From an uncultured Verrucomicrobiales bacterium (GTDB lineage Bacteria > Verrucomicrobiota > Verrucomicrobiia > Verrucomicrobiales > DEV007): 64,000 nucleotides of DNA. Numbering within the stretch: the stretch's first letter is position 1; each line of letters begins with the position of its first letter. Positions 56,681 to 64,000 of this stretch are shown piece after piece. The notes beneath the pieces were generated by a model. That model saw only the letters and a list, made by a program, of their open reading frames with translations. It was not told where the DNA came from and did not search any database. The translations under genes and the position numbers were made by a program. Location: the NCBI GenBank assembly GCA_938091905.1, contig CALKOM010000057.1, positions 15,942 through 79,941 of the forward strand, written 5' to 3'.

Positions 56681-59600
56681 CTATGGCAACTCGACGCGCA
56701 GTCGGACATGGGCGGCAGTCTCACCAGAAAACACCGTTTCGATCTCAGTACCACCATCTGGTAGCGATCTCTGTGAGAAGCCTACATCCCAGCCTCGCCC
56801 GGCTGGGCGCACGCCTGTCAGTGACCAATTCTGAAGATCGACCGAGGATTCGATGGTATAAGTGATGTCTGGCCGATCCGCGCCAAGTCTGAATACTACC
56901 ATCGGCTCGGGCGCGAAGAATAGCGGCCCACGTCCCATGCTGAGAGCAGGCGCCGTTTCTCGGCGGGTCGGGTCACGGTCGAGGGCGTACTCAAGCAAGG
57001 CGGGCCAGCCGTCGCCATCGTCGTCGCTCTCTGGGCTGGAGATTCCCCATTGTTGAGCCCAGGCTCCGTAGCCTCCATCGTCATTCGTAAATCCTCCGGG
57101 CGTGCCGTGAAGAAAGGTGCCGCGTTGCCATTCCAAGGTTTCTGTGGCGACGAGTTCGAGGGAGGTGCCGGGAACGTTATGCTCGTAGCGGAAATCTAAA
57201 ATCGCTGCGCCGAATGGTTTGGGTAAGGAAAGCGTCAGCGTTTCTCCTTTGTTGTGCAGCTTGCCGTTGAACGTGCCTGCGATGGGGAGGTTGGCATCGG
57301 GAAAGCGTGTGCGGATGGTGGATTCGCTTCTGACGACAAGGGTGTAGGCGCCGGGTTCTAGCACCATCTCAGGAAAAGTGAATTCAATGCCCTCGACAAA
57401 ACGAACGCCGGAGAGATCGAGCGGTGTGTCACCGGTGTTGGTGAGTTCGACAAACTCCTCGCCTTTCCTGGGTAAGGATTCGTTGTGAATCTCGGTGATA
57501 CGAAGATGATCGAGCAGAAGGCGCATGCGTGCCAGTTCCTCGGGGCTCGCATCAAACGCATCCGTCGGCGCTAACGGTATGCTGGGAACACCGGTGGCGG
57601 TCCAGCTGATCGTGCGATCTTGGGATTGTGATTGGAATAACACCTGATCGAGAATGTGGCCGTGATTATCGAGCAATGATAGGCTTTCGCCTTCGGCATC
57701 GAGGGCGAAGTTCACACTGCCGTCTTTCTTCGTGCCATCGGCATCCAGTTTCCAATAGGTGTTTGGTGCTAAGTAAGTGTGTGGTGGGAACACATGTGCG
57801 AATGGGTCTCCTGCTGGATTATCGGTGAGACGATAGCCGGCAAGAGTAATGGGCGCTTCGGAATCATTGTGAAGTTCGATCCAATCGCTTCGAAAGCTCC
57901 AGTTTGCTGCGGCGAGGACTTCATTGATGCGCAAATTCTCGCTTGAGCCGAGCAGAACGGCTCGATTGGCGCCTCCAATGGTGTCCTCGCAAAGATGCCA
58001 GGTGTCTCCCAGACGTCCCAAGGTGTAGCCTGTGGGTTGGTAACCAAAGCGGATCTCGTCACGGATCGTCCCCTCGGGATCGAGAAGGAAGAGAGCGTCT
58101 CCGTCACGGTCCAGTGTGACGCCGTTGTCGACGACTAGAAAGTCACCTGCCGTGATCTCGGTTCCATCTCGGAACAAGTAAGGTGTTTGTTTGTCAGGGT
58201 TCTCACTGATACTCCAACCGGTGAGGTCGACCGCAGGGCCTCGATTGAAGATCTCAAGCGCATCCTCACCGATGGCGCGGATCTCATTGAAGACGATGTT
58301 TGCTGAGCTTTGGACGACTTCCCATTCAAGGGTGGTTGCGTTGGTCTCGGGTTGCCAATTGCCAGCGAAGTCTTGACCCAGAACCTCGAGGCGATGGCTT
58401 CCTGTGCCCAGATCTTCAAAGTTAAGCTCTGCCGTGCGGACGATGGGTTGATCGCGAGGAAACTCGCCTGGTGCAATGTCTATGGGGTCGCTCCAAGGGC
58501 CGTTATCGAGTCGCCAGCGATAAGCGAAGATGCCAGGGCCGCCTATGGTAAGGGCGACGTCAGGCCCTGAGTTCTCAGCGACTCCGTTGATGTAGGCCCA
58601 TTCTGAGATTCCTGCGCCGAAAGGAAGATCGTATGGAGCAAGCTGCGTCTCAGGAAGTCCATGCGTATTGCCCTCACCCCACTGTGGATCAAAAACGCCG
58701 CCCGGATGATATTCGCCGATGGCGCGGTCTTCAAGGTCCGGGTCAATAAGGTTTTGATAGAATTGGATGCGACTCTTCTTCGGAGGACGCGTGCTGAGAT
58801 CACGGTCCGCCCAACTGATCAGGCGGGGAAAGCCTTTGCCGGGTGTGAAGAGACCTGGAGCGTCTTGCGATCCATGGAAGACATTGAATCCAAGGTAAGC
58901 GCCATCTCCGGGTGTGGGGCCGATGTCGTCCGGAACGAACAAATTAACGGCAGAGCACAGAACATCCTGCTGGATGTTTCCGGAGCGGTAGTCGTAGTCG
59001 CTATAGAGATCTAGGCAAGTGTTGTGCTCAAAGATGGTCGCCGTGTTGACCTTGCAATTGATGGCATGCTCGACCTTACGAAAGACGTTTCCTGCCACGA
59101 CCACGGTGGTCCCACTACCACGATCTCCCGTAGAGATGGCGTTGGCATAGCCACGATCTGAGGTGAACTCGTCTTTGCTCACGTTTTCAAAGATGTTAAA
59201 GGCGACATAGGCGTCACCACCGAGGTCCATGTGTTCGTCGCCCACCGGGCCATGAAAGTGATTGTAGCGGCAATCGAGCACGGGGCTGATGCCCCAGCGC
59301 CCACTATCGGCATCCAAGACATCGTTGTGACCCTTGTTGCCGTAGAAGTCATTGTGATAGACCCTGAAATGGCCACCGACGGGAAAGCCGCCAACGAAGC
59401 GTGGATCGTTAGCAATTTCAGGGAAATTGGCCGATTCGACCTTGAGTTGTTCGGCCACGTTATCGAGACCGATCGCGACGGGGTTCTCGTCTTTTGAAAA
59501 CATGTCAGGGAAGTTGCAATACTGCACTGTTAGTGAGCAGTTGCGGCCATAGACCATGCGATAGTGCGTCCCGCTGAACGTGCAATGATCGATGAAGCAC

Positions 59601-62416
59601 TCGGAACGAATCACGCCGATGCTCCCCGTATTGTCTGTGGGTTGAGCGTGAACGATATCCGTGTAGAGAACCTTGTTATCAGGGGATAGCGAATCGATGA
59701 TTCGAATGCCGCCCCATTTCGGTGGGCCCAATTGAAGGCCTGGGAGCAAGGGATCGTCCTGGGGGTCTGCTTGAGGATGTGGGCCGAAGCGCACACGTTC
59801 GTTAAGCTGACCGAGAATCTTCAGCGTCCCTTCTATCGTCAGTCGAACGCCTGGTTGGACGTAAACCTGCACGCCTGAGTCGATTTGTAACTGAGTGTCA
59901 GGCGGAATGGTGACATCGCTGACGAGATGGAATGGGCTACGATCCTTGGCCCAACGAATAACGCCTTGGGGATCGATCTCGCCGAAGGATTCCTGAGATA
60001 CCTGAACTACTGGCTGTCGGTAGAAGACCTCGAATGTATCTGTATGCACAATATCACCTTGGCCGCCTGTCTCCGCGTAGTAGTCCACGTCGATGACGTT
60101 TACCCCAGGGGACAGGATCGACGTGTCCGAGTTCCAGGTCCACTGGCCCGTGGAAACTTCACCGTACGAAAGTGAGGCCTCATGGCCGCCGATCAGAATC
60201 GAACCGACATCACCGACATGAAATCTGCCATCGAAACGGACACTACCTGAAGTGCTAAGTAAGCGGCCATTGATCCTTTCCGGTGTCTCTGGTCGAGGAA
60301 TGGTCACATTCTCCTGAGGTATGCGGCTGAGTACGTAGTTGCGCCGCTCGACGACGAAACGCTTTGCTTTGGTGATCTTATCGTCTGGTATCCAGCCTTC
60401 GAAGATCTGTTCGATCACTGGATCGATGGTTTCGGAGTTGAACCAATCGTCGAGCATTTCTAAGTATACCTGATAGAACTCTCTGATCGTTTGAGCATCA
60501 TCGGAGAGTAGTTTTTTCAGTCCGTTTAACCTCCGGTAAACGAAGATGTCTAATCGTGCTGAGTTGAAGTCTCTCTCCCCGATGCTCATGACGGTGTCGA
60601 GGTCATGTGGTAAAAGGATGAAGCGAGGGTCCTCAATACCACGGTAGATGGCAAAGTCATCGGCACGACCAGTCCCGAGGCCACCTTCTTGATTGGCAAT
60701 CAGTGCGTTGGTGGCAAGGTATCTGAGCCATTGTCTCATATTGATGATCTTATCAACTTCCTGGCGGAAGGATTCTGGTGGTGATTGGTTGAGGGCTTTC
60801 GTGAGCGCGATGATGTCGCTGTAGTCATGCAGCTTTTCATTCGTCTTCTTGAGATAAGTGATGTCGTAGGGAGAGGCGTTCTCGCCAGCGTAGTCGAACT
60901 GCCCGGTCCCTAGTGCGGCGTGGTCATCAATGCGGTAGAGATTGCCATCGGCGTCACTCGGGAAGAGCCGTTCTATCCAGTCGGCATTGATGGGCTCCGC
61001 CCTGACATAGCGGCCATAGCCAATGCTGTCGCCATCCGCGGTATTGCGTCCATTGAGGAAGACCTCTACGGGGACAGCCTCGGTTGTGCTTAGACCTGCA
61101 AGCTGAAACATGGCGGCTCCGAGTGCTTGGCTGAAAGGGTAGCGCGAGTTGAGCTGCATCGATTTGCGTCCGTTCCAGCGGTCTCCACTTGGAAAGGCAA
61201 CGTGATAGTTTACGGGGGTGCCCGAGCGACTGGAGAAACCGCGGTCACGCACGGCGGCGTTGTGGCGGACCTTCACTCCAGTGCCGTCTTCGCTGACAAA
61301 GGTCGCATGAAAAGCCACATTGATCGGCTGAAAGCCTGAGCTCAAATCTTGGGCCTTTTTTAGAACTTGCTGCTCGGCTGCTGTCATGATGATCCGATAA
61401 CGCGGTGGACTGCCAGGATTCCAGACGTGAGGCACGTAAGTATCGTCCACCTGGATCAGGGCATTGTTGAACTGCTCAAATACATCGACATCAGAAAGGT
61501 TGATCCCTCCTCCTGGCTGCTTTGAGGGGCGAGGCCAGGTATGTTTCAGGTCGTGAGTGCCCTTAGCCTCGATATAATACTCGATAACGTCGCGATTTTT
61601 ATAAGGGCCAATGATAGTCTCATAAGTATTGCCGTCGTGCATCATGGGCTGTGTCTCCCAAGGCGAATCGCCGTCGAGTCGGTAGACTAGAGTGACGGTT
61701 GGGCTTGGGTCGGTGTCGTCGGTCACCTGCGCGGTGATCGTGATTCTATCAGAAGCTCTTGGAATGATCGGTTGGTGGGCGACGTCTTGGATGATGGGAG
61801 CGATGTCTTCCTCGAAGGAGCTATTGGTAGCTCCTGGAGTACCACCTTCGTCAGTGCTTACTGCCCAGGCCATCCCGCTTGAAATGGACACGATTGGTTG
61901 ACGCTTCTCCAGAGTATGGTCTTCGCCGTCGGCCTTGTTGGCCCAGATCCAGCCTTCAATTTCTCTCTCTGGCTCCGTCTGCGTCCTCACTGCCCAGTCC
62001 CCTTGCGTGGCATACTCTAACTGGTCGACGAGTTGGCCTTCCTTGCCGGTCAATTTGATTGTCTCACTATCATTGCTCAGGCGTCCATCCCAGTTGCCTA
62101 CGATGTCGCTATCGTAATTCGGATGACGGATCCGAAAGGTCGCTGGATTCGCGGCTACGATGAGGAAGCCATTTGCAGAAATGTGGGTTCCTTCTGGGAA
62201 GGTGAAGCTGACTCCTTTCGTGAACTGCCAGCCGCTGAGATCGACCGGGCTTTCGGAGGGGTTGTAGAGTTCGATCCATTCCTCCTGAATATTCTCCTCC
62301 GGATCACCTGGAGGGTGAAACATGAGTTCATTGATCACGGGGTTGGCCCACACCTTGGGAAGGGTGACAATGAGCAGACTCAAATAAATAAAGCTGCAGG
62401 TGAATCCAAACGACAT
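56681..62416 (-). CDS. Secreted lamin-tail domain / divergent CotH-family protein with probable beta-helix region (1911 aa)
   Basis: INELMFHP LTD; RDRGFSSR, GNLYR, HDLD CotH-like region; Asn/Cys-rich repetitive beta-helix-like segment; three LTDs; tail DDDGDG..LEYAL..SSVDLQNW..VRLRV. Confidence 0.85.
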   Translation of the reverse strand: MSFGFTCSFIYLSLLIVTLPKVWANPVINELMFHPPGDPEENIQEEWIELYNPSESPVDLSGWQFTKGVSFTFPEGTHISANGFLIVAANPATFRIRHPNYDSDIVGNWDGRLSNDSETIKLTGKEGQLVDQLEYATQGDWAVRTQTEPEREIEGWIWANKADGEDHTLEKRQPIVSISSGMAWAVSTDEGGTPGATNSSFEEDIAPIIQDVAHQPIIPRASDRITITAQVTDDTDPSPTVTLVYRLDGDSPWETQPMMHDGNTYETIIGPYKNRDVIEYYIEAKGTHDLKHTWPRPSKQPGGGINLSDVDVFEQFNNALIQVDDTYVPHVWNPGSPPRYRIIMTAAEQQVLKKAQDLSSGFQPINVAFHATFVSEDGTGVKVRHNAAVRDRGFSSRSGTPVNYHVAFPSGDRWNGRKSMQLNSRYPFSQALGAAMFQLAGLSTTEAVPVEVFLNGRNTADGDSIGYGRYVRAEPINADWIERLFPSDADGNLYRIDDHAALGTGQFDYAGENASPYDITYLKKTNEKLHDYSDIIALTKALNQSPPESFRQEVDKIINMRQWLRYLATNALIANQEGGLGTGRADDFAIYRGIEDPRFILLPHDLDTVMSIGERDFNSARLDIFVYRRLNGLKKLLSDDAQTIREFYQVYLEMLDDWFNSETIDPVIEQIFEGWIPDDKITKAKRFVVERRNYVLSRIPQENVTIPRPETPERINGRLLSTSGSVRFDGRFHVGDVGSILIGGHEASLSYGEVSTGQWTWNSDTSILSPGVNVIDVDYYAETGGQGDIVHTDTFEVFYRQPVVQVSQESFGEIDPQGVIRWAKDRSPFHLVSDVTIPPDTQLQIDSGVQVYVQPGVRLTIEGTLKILGQLNERVRFGPHPQADPQDDPLLPGLQLGPPKWGGIRIIDSLSPDNKVLYTDIVHAQPTDNTGSIGVIRSECFIDHCTFSGTHYRMVYGRNCSLTVQYCNFPDMFSKDENPVAIGLDNVAEQLKVESANFPEIANDPRFVGGFPVGGHFRVYHNDFYGNKGHNDVLDADSGRWGISPVLDCRYNHFHGPVGDEHMDLGGDAYVAFNIFENVSKDEFTSDRGYANAISTGDRGSGTTVVVAGNVFRKVEHAINCKVNTATIFEHNTCLDLYSDYDYRSGNIQQDVLCSAVNLFVPDDIGPTPGDGAYLGFNVFHGSQDAPGLFTPGKGFPRLISWADRDLSTRPPKKSRIQFYQNLIDPDLEDRAIGEYHPGGVFDPQWGEGNTHGLPETQLAPYDLPFGAGISEWAYINGVAENSGPDVALTIGGPGIFAYRWRLDNGPWSDPIDIAPGEFPRDQPIVRTAELNFEDLGTGSHRLEVLGQDFAGNWQPETNATTLEWEVVQSSANIVFNEIRAIGEDALEIFNRGPAVDLTGWSISENPDKQTPYLFRDGTEITAGDFLVVDNGVTLDRDGDALFLLDPEGTIRDEIRFGYQPTGYTLGRLGDTWHLCEDTIGGANRAVLLGSSENLRINEVLAAANWSFRSDWIELHNDSEAPITLAGYRLTDNPAGDPFAHVFPPHTYLAPNTYWKLDADGTKKDGSVNFALDAEGESLSLLDNHGHILDQVLFQSQSQDRTISWTATGVPSIPLAPTDAFDASPEELARMRLLLDHLRITEIHNESLPRKGEEFVELTNTGDTPLDLSGVRFVEGIEFTFPEMVLEPGAYTLVVRSESTIRTRFPDANLPIAGTFNGKLHNKGETLTLSLPKPFGAAILDFRYEHNVPGTSLELVATETLEWQRGTFLHGTPGGFTNDDGGYGAWAQQWGISSPESDDDGDGWPALLEYALDRDPTRRETAPALSMGRGPLFFAPEPMVVFRLGADRPDITYTIESSVDLQNWSLTGVRPAGRGWDVGFSQRSLPDGGTEIETVFSGETAAHVRLRVELP

Positions 62417-62565
62417 GTTTAAACGTTACGTTAATAGCTCTGTAAATTCTGATCGATCCCCAGTGGAGTCAAGGCGCCGTCGATAATGGTGTTGCTGGGT
62501 CGCGATTGCTGGGAATAAGTTTCTACGTTTGAATGTCTAGGCCTAGAACCCCAATAATCCCAACG

Positions 62566-62787
62566 ATGAATACGAAACTCGCTTGCGCGGTGCTTGGTGC
62601 AATTTTTCTCTTTGTGGCTAGTTGTGAAACGCTGCCCTTGAGCAAACGTCAGTATATTTCTCAACCTTGCATGCTCTTCGATGGGACAGGTGCACACCGC
62701 TTTGACTGTGGACTGACCGGGCAGATCGAAACGGGTCGCGCTGGTGCTGGCGGTGCGGCAGGTGGTGGGTGCAGTTCCTGTCATTAA
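62566..62787 (+). CDS. DUF4266-like small lipoprotein
   Basis: Lipobox VASC, P.M.F motif, Gly-rich tail ending GGGCSSCH; directly upstream of a beta-barrel gene. Confidence 0.7.
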   Translation: MNTKLACAVLGAIFLFVASCETLPLSKRQYISQPCMLFDGTGAHRFDCGLTGQIETGRAGAGGAAGGGCSSCH

Positions 62788-62792
62788 TCTAG

Positions 62793-63947
62793 ATGATTAT
62801 GGTGACGCATGTTCCGCTAGGTTTGCTGGTTCTGGCCCTGTCTGCTGCGATTGCCAAAGCTGGTGGGGAATCTGACTTTACAGTTTTCGAGGACGATGAG
62901 TCTACGATCGAGTTGGAAGATGAAGGCTTTGGGTGGGCGTTCAATACCCGTATTGATGCGGAGGGTTCTGTTCTCTGGGCCGATGGCATCATCTTGGACG
63001 AGTATTCAATTGGCACGCGGTTGACGTCTGAGCCGATTGATTTAGCACTGACAATCACGCGAAACTCTTACGATGTCGATTATGAGCCGAGTATCTTTGG
63101 AGCCCCTACGAGCCTGGCAGAGGATAGTTGGGCCTATGCTTTTGATTCGCGGGTGAGCTTGGCGAAGAACTGGAACCTGTTAGGTTCAGCGTCTTACTAC
63201 GACGGCTACACGGACTACCGCTCGTTGTGGATTAATGAATACTATAGTCAGCTCTTCGGTGAAGTGCCTGGTTATATTGAGGCGGCTCCGAAAGGGAGTA
63301 GCTTTAATCTAGGAGTGGAGTGGGAGTATATTCCCGTCGTGGCCAAGATCCGCCTGACTGGTGTATATGGGAAGGACACCATTGCACCTGCCTCTGAGTT
63401 TGGTGAGAGTGGTCTCGAGCGAAGTAGACCCGATCTTTATACGAAGTCTCTGCAGCTCCGGACAGAGAATGTGCTTTCTCAGCGAGTCATCGTTCAGAAT
63501 ACTTTCCAGTTTACCGATACAACGAATCGCGAGAAACGCTGGTCAGGTCAGACTGCCTGGAACATCGCGCTTGCCGAAGATTGGTTCCTTCGTTTGAACG
63601 CCGGAGGCGCGATTGAACAGCCAAACTTTGATGCCTACTACTTTGGGGGTGCGGTGGAGTATCGTTTCGCGGACGACTGGTTTTTCCGATTGAATGGGCG
63701 CTACTATGAAGACACGGGCGAAATTGAAAACTCGCTAGGCGGCTTCACGAGTTCGGCGCCCTCATTGAAGTCGGTCGAGTTGGGGGCTGGTATCCGTTGG
63801 CAGGGGGTTCACAACTCAGTGAACCTCTATGTCGGCTACTACCAGACGGAGTATGCCCCGCTCGCTGAAGATAACATTTTTCTCGAGAATCTCTACAATG
63901 ATCGGCGCTGGGGGCTTGTGCAGCTCACCTACACGCATACATTCTAA
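62793..63947 (+). CDS. Outer-membrane beta-barrel protein (DUF3570-like)
   Basis: Signal peptide, alternating amphipathic strands rich in Y/W/F/G, terminal LTYTHTF; follows a DUF4266-like gene. Confidence 0.65.
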   Translation: MIMVTHVPLGLLVLALSAAIAKAGGESDFTVFEDDESTIELEDEGFGWAFNTRIDAEGSVLWADGIILDEYSIGTRLTSEPIDLALTITRNSYDVDYEPSIFGAPTSLAEDSWAYAFDSRVSLAKNWNLLGSASYYDGYTDYRSLWINEYYSQLFGEVPGYIEAAPKGSSFNLGVEWEYIPVVAKIRLTGVYGKDTIAPASEFGESGLERSRPDLYTKSLQLRTENVLSQRVIVQNTFQFTDTTNREKRWSGQTAWNIALAEDWFLRLNAGGAIEQPNFDAYYFGGAVEYRFADDWFFRLNGRYYEDTGEIENSLGGFTSSAPSLKSVELGAGIRWQGVHNSVNLYVGYYQTEYAPLAEDNIFLENLYNDRRWGLVQLTYTHTF

Positions 63948-63960
63948 CAGACCTGAACCT

Positions 63961-64000
63961 ATGAATTGGTTACCCCTCACTTTCATCGGCGCTGCGTGTT
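63961..64000 (+). CDS. Start of next gene (truncated by window edge)
   Basis: ATG 13 bp after the previous stop; MNWLPLTFIGAAC looks like a signal peptide. Confidence 0.4.
   Translation, partial: MNWLPLTFIGAAC

Noticed and set aside
1..64000. CRISPR arrays, tRNA/rRNA genes, IS elements
   Set aside because: None were recognised in the short intergenic regions by eye; a covariance-model scan would be needed to exclude small RNAs.

Overview
Bacterial chromosomal segment, most likely Verrucomicrobiota. This is inferred from the sulfatases, the large secreted lamin-tail/CotH proteins with a Verrucomicrobia-type C-terminal domain, a TIGR03067 domain and a GTAG-type REP. Housekeeping genes (rpmI-rplT-pheS-pheT, xerC, hisF, ggt, TrmH-family methylase, beta-CASP hydrolase, 5-oxoprolinase) are mixed with carbohydrate and sulfatase genes, a cobalamin riboswitch-controlled TonB receptor and an RDD-SpoIIM-DUF4129-DUF4350-MoxR-DUF58 operon. 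The dominant feature is five lamin-tail-domain/CotH-kinase genes (four intact at 1432-1911 aa, one pseudogene; about 20 kb in total). Two of them are divergently transcribed from a DUF4956 membrane protein + VTC (polyphosphate-polymerase-like) gene pair. This is the best candidate for an uncharacterised system: cytoplasmic polyP/NTP chemistry coupled through the membrane to extracellular phosphorylation. Several decayed genes and structured intergenic elements are also visible. No rRNA, tRNA, CRISPR array or intact IS/prophage was recognised. All family assignments come from motif recognition by eye, not from database searches.
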